64,000 nucleotides of DNA, from the IMG/VR virus record IMGVR_UViG_3300033498_000048, positions 32,001-96,000 of that record, one strand, 5' to 3'. The stretch is from a virus. Taxonomy: Duplodnaviria; Caudoviricetes. The notes below the pieces were generated by a model, which worked only from the letters and a program-made list of their open reading frames with translations, was not told the origin of the DNA and did no database searches. A program made the translations under genes and the position numbers. Positions 37,215 through 47,523 of this stretch are shown here, in pieces (the stretch's first letter is position 1; the number at the start of each line of letters is the position of its first letter).

Positions 37215-39068
37215 ATGTCAGGATATAAAAGCCAAGTTCAATATGATGCACCAGTAAGTTTTTGGACGTTTGATGGTGATTTGTTTGATACTGGTGTTAG
37301 GGTTTTAATGCCAGCAAGTGGTGAACCGATGTATATAATGGATGAAATTGAAAATCAAAATCCAGCAATATTACAAGTTCAAAGTTTACAGGGACCACAT
37401 GGTTATCGTATGGGTATTTCTAGTTTAGTTCAACTTGAAACATCAGACCAAGCAGCGTGTTCATTTGGATTTTATGGAAGACAACCAACACATCCAGACG
37501 ATGGTTGGGCAAAAGCATATTTAACAATACCTCATAGTATTCAATATTCATTTCCAAATAATGGTTCATTCAGTATTGAGTTTATGTTCAATAAAACAAC
37601 TGAAAATGATTATGCAAATTGGTACTATGGAAAGTATAATAATTATTATCAAATACCAATATCACGTCCAATATTTTACAAAACAAATGTAATTGATATA
37701 CATTCGTTGTTTTATTATGGGAATTATTTAGTTATTAAGTTTCCAAGTAACGTAACAATTAATTTAGACATTAGTAAACATATTGGAAAGGATACTCACT
37801 TTGCTTTATCGTGGAACGTTATTGAAACTTCTTCTAATGTATATGAGGCAACCGAAACTGTTTATATTGAATCAAGAATTGTATATCAATTTAAACGAAC
37901 ATATTATGATGTTTACCCTAACACAAATGTGGCACAAGATTGGGAAATTGCTGGTATATCAAACAATTCAAGTCTATATCATTCAGATAGGAATACATCA
38001 TCACTAAAACTCGACCAAATAGCGATATATGATTATGCTTTAAGTGTTGATAATGTAGCAAATCATTATAAGAAGCTTAGGGAATATGATAAAATGATAG
38101 TTAATGATGGGGCTGAATATTTTTATCCAATGGATGAAGACGATAGCCTTACCGATTGGACTATAAGAGAACCATCGTATAAGAATCAACACAGTAATGT
38201 TGTTGCTAATTATATTGGTAATATATCAACACTATCAAGAGGGAACCCTGGACCAAGAACTATTCCATTAGCAGTAGCACCTACATTCACAAACGGAGCT
38301 AGTGCATTTATCAAAACCAATAATACTTATTCTCCAGTATTTCCAATCACAAATGAATATACAGTGGAGTTTTGGTTTAATTCAAGCCACGCACAACGTG
38401 GGATATTACTATCACAACAAGGTGAGGAATACCCATATTCAGGAATATTGGTAACATTGAATTGGAGAGACAATGCAATTAATAATGGTGCAATCCAATG
38501 GAATATTAACGATGAATATTACATTTGTTCATTAGAATATGATGAATTGTTTAATCCATATTACTTCAATGATGGTAATTGGCATCATATAGTGCTATTA
38601 AGAAGAAGTGGATTGTATATGGAATTATGGTTAGATGGAATATTACACAATTCAGTACAAATGCCTAATGTTTCAGTACAATCAACTGGAAGCATATATA
38701 TGATGGGAATAAAACCTGGACACTTTAGTATGAATGGACAAATATGTAAACTTGCCTATTATGGATTTGCATTACAACAACAACAAATTCAATGTAGGCA
38801 TTCATATTCGATAACATTTAAAATAAAGGGAATTGTTACATTGCGAGGTGTTCCAACAAAAGCAACTATTAGAGCATACGACCACGGAACTGGACACCTA
38901 ATACAAGAACAAGAAAGTGACATTAACAATGGTGAATATACAATTGTTTTGTCCAACAATAGAAAGATTGATTTGATGGTATTCGATAAGAATGATAGAA
39001 GTGTTCGGTATAGAGCTTATGGACCAATAACCCCAAGTGAATATGAAGACTTACCAATCTTAATATGA
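37215..39068 (+). CDS. LamG-repeat virion protein
   Basis: FSIEFMF / YTVEFWF..WHHIVLLR..WLDG; C-terminal KIKGIV..IRAYDH.TG module. Confidence 0.8.
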   Translation: MSGYKSQVQYDAPVSFWTFDGDLFDTGVRVLMPASGEPMYIMDEIENQNPAILQVQSLQGPHGYRMGISSLVQLETSDQAACSFGFYGRQPTHPDDGWAKAYLTIPHSIQYSFPNNGSFSIEFMFNKTTENDYANWYYGKYNNYYQIPISRPIFYKTNVIDIHSLFYYGNYLVIKFPSNVTINLDISKHIGKDTHFALSWNVIETSSNVYEATETVYIESRIVYQFKRTYYDVYPNTNVAQDWEIAGISNNSSLYHSDRNTSSLKLDQIAIYDYALSVDNVANHYKKLREYDKMIVNDGAEYFYPMDEDDSLTDWTIREPSYKNQHSNVVANYIGNISTLSRGNPGPRTIPLAVAPTFTNGASAFIKTNNTYSPVFPITNEYTVEFWFNSSHAQRGILLSQQGEEYPYSGILVTLNWRDNAINNGAIQWNINDEYYICSLEYDELFNPYYFNDGNWHHIVLLRRSGLYMELWLDGILHNSVQMPNVSVQSTGSIYMMGIKPGHFSMNGQICKLAYYGFALQQQQIQCRHSYSITFKIKGIVTLRGVPTKATIRAYDHGTGHLIQEQESDINNGEYTIVLSNNRKIDLMVFDKNDRSVRYRAYGPITPSEYEDLPILI

Positions 39069-41743
39069 TAATAATAACCTCAAATAAAAAAGATTCGAGA
39101 TTCAATAACTTAATCGACCCTCCAAGCAACGATTCTAGTTTCATCATTAATGCTAGAAAGTTAAATAAAGAATTTTCAATCATATTGAATAACCCATTAG
39201 TTGTTTATCCTAATTTAATATTAACGATAAATGATATTAGAGGTAATTTAACTCCAATATTAACAAACACACCTAGTAAATTAGTTGGTGATATTAATGG
39301 AACTAATATCAATTGGTATTCTAGTGATGTTACTATGGTGTTGAATTATTGTGGAACAACATTATTACCATTCAATTTATATGAACATGGGATAATTATT
39401 ATTCCAGTAATGTTTGATGGTTTAGTGGCTAGCGTTGTATTAAACACAACTCCAGTTTCATACATATCAGCCGATGGACATTCAGGTTCAAACCTACACA
39501 ATACAATACAGACAAGTAAATTGGTTGATGTGGCTCAATTTGATGGTACACATTCAACAACATCATTTAACACATATTTAAGCTATGATGTTGGATATGT
39601 TAATATGTATTCTGGTAGCGTGTCAACTGTTACAATTAACACATATAAGTTACTCGGTTTTGGTTTATATGATTCCAGTAGCATATCAACAATATTAAAT
39701 ACATATTTGGGAATAAACTTCGGAATATTACAATCATATTCTGGAGAAAGCATTAGTGTAGACTTAATTACTTTTAAATTGTTAGAGTTTAATTATGTGT
39801 ATGGAGATAATTGTTTTATTGAATTAACTGAAAATTTACAATTCCAAATACAATCTAATATGTTTAGTGGTGATGTTTTACATTGTGGATTACAGATTGT
39901 TCCAGTAATAACACTCGATAACATTTACAATGGAAGTAATATTGATGTCACTATTAAAGACGCTAAATCAATACAGCTTAATTTAAGTGACATTTATACT
40001 GGAAGTACAATTAATGTTACTATGGTTACATCATTATTGATTGGTTTTAATTTCCATTGTGGCTCTATCGAATACTTCACTTTAACAGAAAACAAATCTA
40101 TTCCAACACAAATTTCACCAATTAACGATGGTGCTAATGGTAGTGTTCAGTTAATGTGTAATAGGCTATTCCAAAGTAGTTATTATGGTGGGTCAATTAA
40201 TTATGTCGATACATTGACTACTATAATTAATACTGGAATTGAATTTCCAATATGGTGTTCAGAACTTGTTTATGTAGACAAATTAATCACATATTCAAGG
40301 TTGTACCCAATAGCATCATCTGATAATATTGTTACAATTGGATTATCAACAACATATATTTTAGGCTTAAATGGAATTAATTGTGGTGATACATTAACAA
40401 TTGATTTAATAGCAAGTGGACCACCAACATTTAATTTTACTAATTACTATGGTGGATTAGTGAATTGTTCCATATATTCCATCTCTAAGTTAGGTGGGTT
40501 TCAATATAATGGTTCAACATTCAATTTAACTTTAAATACACACGAGTCTAATCATTTATCATTTTCTGCTCATTGTGGACAAGTATCTACAATAATACAA
40601 CCTGAAATCAAACTCAATTATAATTATTTAGGTGAAGTATTACAAATAGTAGCATTGGATAATGAACAATTGTGGAGGTTTAGGTGTGGTGACATTTTCA
40701 CGTTGTCTAGCTTTATAACATCTGCGACACTGGACTGTAGTATTGCAACTGGTTCAATGTGTACGTTAAGTGTACAAATCAACCCTAGTGAGGGGATAGG
40801 TACGTTTAATGGTTATGGTGGAGAGTTTACGGGAATTCCACTACGAACAATGATACATCAAACTATATCAGTAACATTTAAAAATGAGGTATTAACCACA
40901 TTAGATATTGACAGTGCAGTATATTTTGATTTAATTACTGATAGTTGTTGTAATAAGCGTCCACTTAATGGACAAAACTCTTACATAATTGAATTAGATA
41001 ATGCTGAATATCCAGATGAAGTGTTTTATGGAAACATTGTAAAATATTTGGTTGCATTAAGTGTTAGTCCAACAATTCAGCTACAGATGTATAATGGTTC
41101 CAATTTATCGTATATAGACAAAACAAAATACTTTAATATTGAATTTAGTGATGGAAACAATGTGAATATTAATTCATTTGAAGCTATTGTTAGGAATAGA
41201 TTATGTAATGGATATTTCATTCCAAGTGGTGGAAGTGTAGTTACTGAATTGACAGAGGTAATATCAGAAGAATGTAATTCAGATATGGGATATATGGGTG
41301 AAACATTAATATGTAAACTGACACCAATGGCTATATTCCAAATTGAAAGTCAGTTTGTAGTATCGAATAGGTTAGAGGTTGAATTTACTACATATAGGAA
41401 TATTCCATGGGACTTTATTGCTTATAGTGGAGAAACAATACTACGAATAACTGAGTTTGTTAGAATGTCGACATTTGAGCCAGCGATTACGTTTGAACAT
41501 GGTTCGGTCATTACAATGTCATTTCCAGAGCCACATTTATTAGGTTATTCAGGTGAATGTAATAGTTTCACATTAACAACATCTAAAATATCAATAGAAT
41601 TTATTGACACTGGATGTTTAGTAAATGAATATCAATTTGTGGATGAATTAGGTAATATAATTCCAGACCAATATGTGTCTGTAGCATTGGAATTATATCC
41701 ATTTGAACATCAATTAAAATTGAAACCAAGGTGTGTTTTTTAA
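39065..41743 (+). CDS. Large putative virion structural protein (beta-rich, repetitive Y/xG spacing)
   Basis: 892 aa, translationally coupled in the late operon; no recognisable catalytic motif. Confidence 0.7.
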   Translation: MIIITSNKKDSRFNNLIDPPSNDSSFIINARKLNKEFSIILNNPLVVYPNLILTINDIRGNLTPILTNTPSKLVGDINGTNINWYSSDVTMVLNYCGTTLLPFNLYEHGIIIIPVMFDGLVASVVLNTTPVSYISADGHSGSNLHNTIQTSKLVDVAQFDGTHSTTSFNTYLSYDVGYVNMYSGSVSTVTINTYKLLGFGLYDSSSISTILNTYLGINFGILQSYSGESISVDLITFKLLEFNYVYGDNCFIELTENLQFQIQSNMFSGDVLHCGLQIVPVITLDNIYNGSNIDVTIKDAKSIQLNLSDIYTGSTINVTMVTSLLIGFNFHCGSIEYFTLTENKSIPTQISPINDGANGSVQLMCNRLFQSSYYGGSINYVDTLTTIINTGIEFPIWCSELVYVDKLITYSRLYPIASSDNIVTIGLSTTYILGLNGINCGDTLTIDLIASGPPTFNFTNYYGGLVNCSIYSISKLGGFQYNGSTFNLTLNTHESNHLSFSAHCGQVSTIIQPEIKLNYNYLGEVLQIVALDNEQLWRFRCGDIFTLSSFITSATLDCSIATGSMCTLSVQINPSEGIGTFNGYGGEFTGIPLRTMIHQTISVTFKNEVLTTLDIDSAVYFDLITDSCCNKRPLNGQNSYIIELDNAEYPDEVFYGNIVKYLVALSVSPTIQLQMYNGSNLSYIDKTKYFNIEFSDGNNVNINSFEAIVRNRLCNGYFIPSGGSVVTELTEVISEECNSDMGYMGETLICKLTPMAIFQIESQFVVSNRLEVEFTTYRNIPWDFIAYSGETILRITEFVRMSTFEPAITFEHGSVITMSFPEPHLLGYSGECNSFTLTTSKISIEFIDTGCLVNEYQFVDELGNIIPDQYVSVALELYPFEHQLKLKPRCVF

Positions 41744-43073
41744 TATGGCAACGTGTTTACAATCAATTAATACAATTGTTACAAATAATCAAATCGGAAC
41801 TATCACAAATATTATTCCATCAATACCAACAACATTTCAAATTGCACCACTAGGTAAAAAGTTATTGTATATTCAATTAATAAAACGTGAAATTATTAGG
41901 TTCATATTTAACTTAAGCCCTATTGGAAGTATTGGGTCAGTTGAAATGACCATGACAATATACAAATATGATGAAATATTAAACAAAGTAACCGAAGTTG
42001 GAAACGCATTATTAACGGTATTGAATCAAGAACTCCAAAAAGACATGGATATTGGCACATACTTCATTTGTATATCAAATAAGTATTCAACATTTAATAC
42101 AACCATAACTGGAATATTTACCTCATTTACACAAGCTATTAGGTTAGATTTTAAATTTTACAATGGTTCAAACACATCAACACAAATACTAAAGGAGAAT
42201 CCATGTAATGCTCCAGTTTTTTATGAAATAATTAATGGTTCATTACCTACAGGATTAACACTATCTTTAACTGGAAAAATATCAGGCATTTTACCAAATC
42301 TTGATTGTTTATCTGAAAATACAGACCTTGGACCAAGTGCTAATTGGTTCGGTCAATTACCAACTGGTGAGTGGTTTCCATGGGGCAGACAATATAGATT
42401 TAAAGTTGTTATGTGGGTTTCTTCACATCCACATATAAAAGATGATAGGTGGTTTTGTATTCGAGTTTATAACAACTGGGACATTGAAAAAAATAACTTA
42501 TTGAATCAACTTCCATCAATAGTAACTGTGAAAACTACTCAACAATTAGTACAACCACAAAAAATGGAATACAATTTTGATTTGTGTAATCCAGGGATTG
42601 AATCTACTCAAATACAAAAGCCAATCCAAGCTGCGTTATGTGTTCATTGTATAGAGGATGTATTCACCGAAGTACAAACTGTGGAACTTCCAATTACATT
42701 GTGTGAAATACAACCAGACGATTTAATCAATTGGTGGCAATTGCATTATAATAATAGAAACAATTTAAGTCCTGACGAATTAGCACTATTAAAATCATTG
42801 ATGAATAATAAAGTTTTTAGAATACTATTAATTAAAAATGGCTTAATTGTTGGAGATGTATCAGAACGTAAATATGTAGATGGTAGTATATTAATTGCAA
42901 AGAATAACAATACCATTTCATTGAGGATTAATAAATTGGTAAATGGAAGAAATGTTGACGATGTTGATTATGAAATGTTGCGTGATATAAACACAATAAA
43001 CCAATCGTTACCATTTGAATTTATAACGTTTAATGGAGATAACTTAAATGAGTTTGAACTTACAATTGGATAA
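41733..43073 (+). CDS. Putative virion/baseplate protein with putative-Ig motif
   Basis: YEIINGSLPTGLTLSLTGKISG; late operon. Confidence 0.7.
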   Translation: MFFNMATCLQSINTIVTNNQIGTITNIIPSIPTTFQIAPLGKKLLYIQLIKREIIRFIFNLSPIGSIGSVEMTMTIYKYDEILNKVTEVGNALLTVLNQELQKDMDIGTYFICISNKYSTFNTTITGIFTSFTQAIRLDFKFYNGSNTSTQILKENPCNAPVFYEIINGSLPTGLTLSLTGKISGILPNLDCLSENTDLGPSANWFGQLPTGEWFPWGRQYRFKVVMWVSSHPHIKDDRWFCIRVYNNWDIEKNNLLNQLPSIVTVKTTQQLVQPQKMEYNFDLCNPGIESTQIQKPIQAALCVHCIEDVFTEVQTVELPITLCEIQPDDLINWWQLHYNNRNNLSPDELALLKSLMNNKVFRILLIKNGLIVGDVSERKYVDGSILIAKNNNTISLRINKLVNGRNVDDVDYEMLRDINTINQSLPFEFITFNGDNLNEFELTIG

Positions 43074-43254
43074 CTTGTGTCCTGTAATTAATGTTCCAGT
43101 GATTCCAGTTGATATGCCTAATACGTTGTGCGTTAGTTGTGTTCCAATTTTAATTCCAGAAACACAACTAATTATCACAACAACTAATATTGAAGTTGGA
43201 CTTAAATCATTTATACACGGACAGGTTCATACTAAGTTTTGTACTGGTTCGTGA
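43048..43254 (+). CDS. Small late-operon protein
   Basis: LC..P..LCVSC echoes the LC..LCVHC segment of the upstream gene; overlaps its end. Confidence 0.45.
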   Translation: MSLNLQLDNLCPVINVPVIPVDMPNTLCVSCVPILIPETQLIITTTNIEVGLKSFIHGQVHTKFCTGS

Positions 43255-43418
43255 TTAGTACACCCAAATATGGATTCTGTTCGATAGTTTTTATATATCC
43301 ACCATCCAAACCAGTTTGAAGGTCTATATATCAATATTAGCAATTAATAGTCCAACACATTCACCTGTGGATAGTATTTTTTGTGTCCAATATTTACAAG
43401 TTTTATACAGTGTTTCAG
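43227..43418 (-). pseudogene. Possible decayed Cys-rich (CKTCKYW-type) gene
   Basis: AGGAGGT RBS then CTG; two 2-nt AT insertions would restore KHCKTCKYW...GEC...DIDLQTGLDGG...FGCTNHE. Confidence 0.35.
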
Positions 43419-43485
43419 TTATACCTCCTGTGTGCTGGATATGTGGTGGAATCACTCCACAATTGCCATAGTTGAACGATATTGT

Positions 43486-44037
43486 TCATAATGTACTGTA
43501 GATTTTATTGATTTTATCGGCACAGAATGGGCAATATGTAAATTCCAGTATTAGCATATAATCTAACTCTATGGCTTCACCACAACTGGATTCAACTCCA
43601 TAAACCTCTTCAGCAAATGGTGTTAAATTCCATGTACACTCGTGGTGTGGGTGAAACACAGCCAACTCAACAACTTCAGCATAACCATCCTTATTGATAA
43701 TAATCTTAAAAACGTCTCCCAATTCATCACCTTGAGCAAACATTTCACCGATTAGTTTAAATCCAGGCTTCCTGCGTTGCATTAATATTGTAATAAGGTT
43801 TAGTGCTGAATCCATAGAATGTGATTTTTCACTACTATCCCATTGAACTCCATTTCTATCCACAGTAAGTTCTAAGTTTAGAAATGTTAGGTTCTTGCTC
43901 ACATAATCTTGGTTTAATGTTTCGTTGAATTTCCTATAATCACTTTTTTCCAACAGTTCTTCTAGGTATCTCATATCGTTGGAATCTAATTCCTTATTGA
44001 ATTGGAACGCACCTTTAAATTCTATATTGTAACCCAT
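43486..44037 (-). CDS. Hypothetical protein with Zn-ribbon; paralog of 831-1421
   Basis: GEMFAQGDELGDVF, YCPFCA. Confidence 0.8.
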   Translation of the reverse strand: MGYNIEFKGAFQFNKELDSNDMRYLEELLEKSDYRKFNETLNQDYVSKNLTFLNLELTVDRNGVQWDSSEKSHSMDSALNLITILMQRRKPGFKLIGEMFAQGDELGDVFKIIINKDGYAEVVELAVFHPHHECTWNLTPFAEEVYGVESSCGEAIELDYMLILEFTYCPFCADKINKIYSTL

Positions 44038-44055
44038 TTTTAATCCTATGTTGTT

Positions 44056-44063
44056 TATAAATA
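44056..44063 (+). promoter_or_regulatory. T4-type late promoter TATAAATA
   Basis: Exact match 25 nt before the PAAR ATG. Confidence 0.75.
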
Positions 44064-44088
44064 CTATTTTTAATCAATTGGAAACATT

Positions 44089-44382
44089 ATGGGTACACCT
44101 GCTGCACGATTAATGGACATGGCAACTGGACATCAAATGTTCCCTCCACATAATTGTATGAGTGGAAGTTCTACAGTTCTAATTAATGGTAGACCTGCCT
44201 GTAGAACTGGGGATATGTGGATGTTACATTGCGCTCCAACTGGAGGTTGTCATCCTGGAATTGCTGGTATGGGGAGTAGTACCGTTATAATTGAAGGTAA
44301 GAACCAGTCAAGAGTTGGTGACCAAGTGTCTTGTGGCTCTATTATTATGACTGGTTCAACTAATGTTTTAATTGGAGGTTAA
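44089..44382 (+). CDS. PAAR-domain spike-tip protein (T4 gp5.4-like)
   Basis: PAARLMD, GH..FPP, GSSTVLINGRPACR.GD, HC, CH, SCG, GS.NV.IG. Confidence 0.93.
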   Translation: MGTPAARLMDMATGHQMFPPHNCMSGSSTVLINGRPACRTGDMWMLHCAPTGGCHPGIAGMGSSTVIIEGKNQSRVGDQVSCGSIIMTGSTNVLIGG

Positions 44383-44792
44383 TTCTCTATCATAAACCAT
44401 TTAACAGCATCTTTCCATGTACCACTGAATAATAAGACGCATTGATTATTTTCACGTCCGTATATTTCACTAATACCATTACAATTTTTTGGAACTACAG
44501 TGAAAATAACATCGTCAGTTTCTATTTCACTGATTCTAAAATCATCGTATAGTTTACCATCCCACGCACGACAATTATTTTTGAATAAAACACAACAGGT
44601 ATCAATATCAAATCGTTTGGAACCTTTAATTTGATTTAATTTACTAATTAATGTTTTTCCACGGTTTGCCAGTGCTTTATCGGAACAAAACCAGTCACAC
44701 CATAGTCCACAATCTGGAATAACTCCAATAACACTAGATATTGGCATTGATAAAATTTCTCTAATACTTTTACTAAACATATAATTCCCCAA
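44379..44792 (-). CDS. Hypothetical protein
   Basis: 137 aa; FKNNC...G.LYDDFRI. Confidence 0.7.
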   Translation of the reverse strand: MGNYMFSKSIREILSMPISSVIGVIPDCGLWCDWFCSDKALANRGKTLISKLNQIKGSKRFDIDTCCVLFKNNCRAWDGKLYDDFRISEIETDDVIFTVVPKNCNGISEIYGRENNQCVLLFSGTWKDAVKWFMIEN

Positions 44793-44818
44793 CTTGAATG
44801 TATATTGATTAAAAACAC

Positions 44819-44848
44819 ATTATAACAAATATGACAGCCCAGTGTCAA
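44819..44848 (-). promoter_or_regulatory. sigma70-type early promoter
   Basis: TTGACA-18-(TGT)TATAAT followed by GTGTTTTTAATCAAT. Confidence 0.7.
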
Positions 44849-44989
44849 TCAAATATATGTGTTTTACTAACAACCAACCTCCACAAGTCGTTTCAATGTG
44901 AATGGAAATGCGCTGGTTGCTGTTATTGATTTTTAGCATGATGTTGTAGTAAATCAACTAATTATTTTTTAACATAGTATTTTCAGTTC

Positions 44990-45349
44990 CTACAAGTAGT
45001 CATATAAATCAAATGACTGTGGTGATTTATCAACAAAAACGTGTAAGTGTTTCACATCTTCATATACTGCAAAACCCATTCCCTCGCCTTTATGTGTACA
45101 TAAACAAACGAATATACAATCGTCAGGAACTGTGATAGAATCATAAATTCGGTCAACTTCGTTACAATATGAATCAAAGGCATAATCATCTTCATCAAAT
45201 GTAGGCTCTGGTCTAACAATACCACGTTTTAGTAATTCCACCTCAATCATGGATTGTTTTATTTTCGATTTAACACGATGTATAACTTTAGGGTCAATTG
45301 ATGATAACGACACTACGTTGTAACGTGTTATACATTTGGTCTGCTGCAT
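44990..45349 (-). CDS. Hypothetical protein
   Basis: 119 aa, promoter 45391-45420. Confidence 0.65.
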   Translation of the reverse strand: MQQTKCITRYNVVSLSSIDPKVIHRVKSKIKQSMIEVELLKRGIVRPEPTFDEDDYAFDSYCNEVDRIYDSITVPDDCIFVCLCTHKGEGMGFAVYEDVKHLHVFVDKSPQSFDLYDYL

Positions 45350-45390
45350 TAGTTGTCATGGTATATTCCAAGTTATTTAATATGTTGCAT

Positions 45391-45420
45391 AGTATAAAAC
45401 ACCTTTATAAACAAAGTCAA
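45391..45420 (-). promoter_or_regulatory. Early promoter overlapping a divergent late-like TATAAACA (45406-45413, +)
   Basis: TTGACT-18-TATACT. Confidence 0.6.
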
Positions 45421-45434
45421 TAGGTAATTTAAAA

Positions 45435-45776
45435 ATGTCGATACACATTACAAAAAAAGATTTAAAGCAGGTTTTGAACGGACTAAGAGCAAGTGCAAAA
45501 AAACGTGGTATTCCATTTGAATTGACAATGGATGATTTGAATGAAATATCAATACCGTTGACTTGTCCCATTTTAGGTATGCCTGTATTTTTCAACACGG
45601 GACAAGTCAATGATAATTCGATTTCATTTGATAGGATTGATAATACTAAAGGATATGTTCCAGATAATATCATTGCTATTAGCTATAGAGCTAATAGACT
45701 TAAATCAGATGCAACCTTAAATGAATTAAAATTGTTATGTGATTTTTATAAACAGCATCAGATTGATGGAGTTTGA
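45435..45776 (+). CDS. HNH-like (beta-beta-alpha-Me) endonuclease
   Basis: CPILG, SFDRIDNTKGYVPDNI, ANRLKS. Confidence 0.75.
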   Translation: MSIHITKKDLKQVLNGLRASAKKRGIPFELTMDDLNEISIPLTCPILGMPVFFNTGQVNDNSISFDRIDNTKGYVPDNIIAISYRANRLKSDATLNELKLLCDFYKQHQIDGV

Positions 45777-46606
45777 ATACTTAAATTTACCATTTTCTGT
45801 TTGATATATTGAGCGAATGGGATTCCATGTGGTAACGTTAAGTTGAAAGCATTTTCGCTATTGTCATTCAACCATTCCAACATAGTGGAATCCGAAATCG
45901 TTTCCCATGATTCCACTTCCATAAGTGATTCAAAATCAAATTCCCAATCCATATCATGTAAACACGAATCACCTAGGGTTTCTGCAAAATCCCATTTGAA
46001 GTTTCGTTCACCAATTTTACCACTAACTGATATGTCGTTATACCAGCGATGGTTGCGTGATGAATAAACTGTGGAATAATTAGAGAATATTTCAATACAC
46101 AAGTTACTAAAAAACATATCAGTTAATGTTGTTTTAGTTACTTCACAAATGTATTTCAAAGCTTCTTGAGCTTTAACTGGTAACTTTGTAAACATCTCGA
46201 TGGAACGTGTATCTTGACAGTCTCGTTCATCTTGTAATTTTTTTAAGTATGACTCAAACCAATCAAGAGAATAATCGGGTTTTATATCACGTTCTCGAAT
46301 ATTAAACTCAGATGTCAATATTGCGATGATTACTTGTTTCCTAGCGTATTGTTCGACTTCAACCTTTAAAAGGTCTATTGAACCGTTTTGTATGAAATGT
46401 TCTACGCAAGAATTACACACATGGATGTTATTATCGTATTCGTCTGTTAAATGAATTATTCCAATTCCAGTGTCATTGAGTGTTGAATATTCAACTCCAC
46501 AATTGGAACAACGTTGATATTTTGGTTTATTTCTAATTTTTAACCAAGCTGATAAATCAAACATATTAATTCGTGCTGATTTAACTTGTGTTGTTTTGTA
46601 TTTCAT
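45758..46606 (-). CDS. Hypothetical protein with N-terminal CxxC...CxxC
   Basis: 282 aa, GGAGTG RBS, promoter 46647-46676. Confidence 0.75.
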   Translation of the reverse strand: MKYKTTQVKSARINMFDLSAWLKIRNKPKYQRCSNCGVEYSTLNDTGIGIIHLTDEYDNNIHVCNSCVEHFIQNGSIDLLKVEVEQYARKQVIIAILTSEFNIRERDIKPDYSLDWFESYLKKLQDERDCQDTRSIEMFTKLPVKAQEALKYICEVTKTTLTDMFFSNLCIEIFSNYSTVYSSRNHRWYNDISVSGKIGERNFKWDFAETLGDSCLHDMDWEFDFESLMEVESWETISDSTMLEWLNDNSENAFNLTLPHGIPFAQYIKQKMVNLSIQTPSI

Positions 46607-46646
46607 ACTAATTCACTCCACTAGAATGTTTATTGACTAAAAACAC

Positions 46647-46676
46647 ATTATAATATTTGTCGACACTCAATGTCAA
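46647..46676 (-). promoter_or_regulatory. sigma70-type early promoter
   Basis: TTGACA-18-TATAAT followed by GTGTTTTTAGTCAAT. Confidence 0.7.
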
Positions 46677-46928
46677 CTACAGAATCAAAGTTTCATGGTA
46701 CCATTGAAGTTACTAATGCAGTTATATTCACAAAAGACACGATATACAGTACAGCCTGTAATAATACAATATGTTCTTTAGTAATTTTAGTTTGACCTGT
46801 TTTACTGGAACAATTATTTCACAATCCATTAACTATTCCAGTTATCATCCAATTCATTTTTGTTATTCATCACATACATAATCTTGTTTTATGTTGACTT
46901 TATTGCGATGTCGCAACACTCTATTTAA

Positions 46929-46979
46929 AAATGTTCGTGTTGTCTGGTTTTTCCAAATAAAAAGGCAACACGAACATTT
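46929..46979. terminator. Hairpin, probable terminator or processing site
   Basis: 14-bp perfect stem aaatgttcgtgttg/caacacgaacattt downstream of ORF 47023. Confidence 0.55.
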
Positions 46980-47022
46980 AATTCCACCTGGACCCAAATG
47001 TTTGGTCTTTTGATGTGCGATT

Positions 47023-47514
47023 TTAATAGTCTAATTCCTCACAGAATCGTTTTGTTTTTGGTAATCCGTATAATGGATATGTCTTTACACGACCAAAACA
47101 ATTGGATATTACAAAGGTGTTTTTATCAAAATCTATAACATAACACCATTCACATTCTAATGTATCACTTGCAAACTCGATATTGTTTACCAATTCAATT
47201 TCACGTTCACTATTGTTTAAAATGTAATCTAAAACCTTTGAGCTATAGTTTCTAGCCAGTTGTGGACGTTGTTTATAATACCATTCTATTTCAAAGGGGT
47301 GGCAATTCCGTTGCATTGATTCAATCACACCTGTAACATCTACAATTAAATTTAGATGTGTTTTGAATTTTCCAACGATACCATGCTGATTAAGCCTTTT
47401 CAAAAAGTTTAAAATCTTGACTCCATGGTAGCTTGGGTACATATCATATTGACAATATTGCGCAACTGGAGTCACACCTTTGTGTTTAACGACAATCAGT
47501 CCTCTTGTTCCCAT
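47023..47514 (-). CDS. Conserved-type phage hypothetical (MGTRG...Y.QYD.YP family)
   Basis: MGTRG, QYCQYDMYPS, EWCYVIDFD. Confidence 0.75.
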   Translation of the reverse strand: MGTRGLIVVKHKGVTPVAQYCQYDMYPSYHGVKILNFLKRLNQHGIVGKFKTHLNLIVDVTGVIESMQRNCHPFEIEWYYKQRPQLARNYSSKVLDYILNNSEREIELVNNIEFASDTLECEWCYVIDFDKNTFVISNCFGRVKTYPLYGLPKTKRFCEELDY

Positions 47515-47523
47515 AACCTTTCC

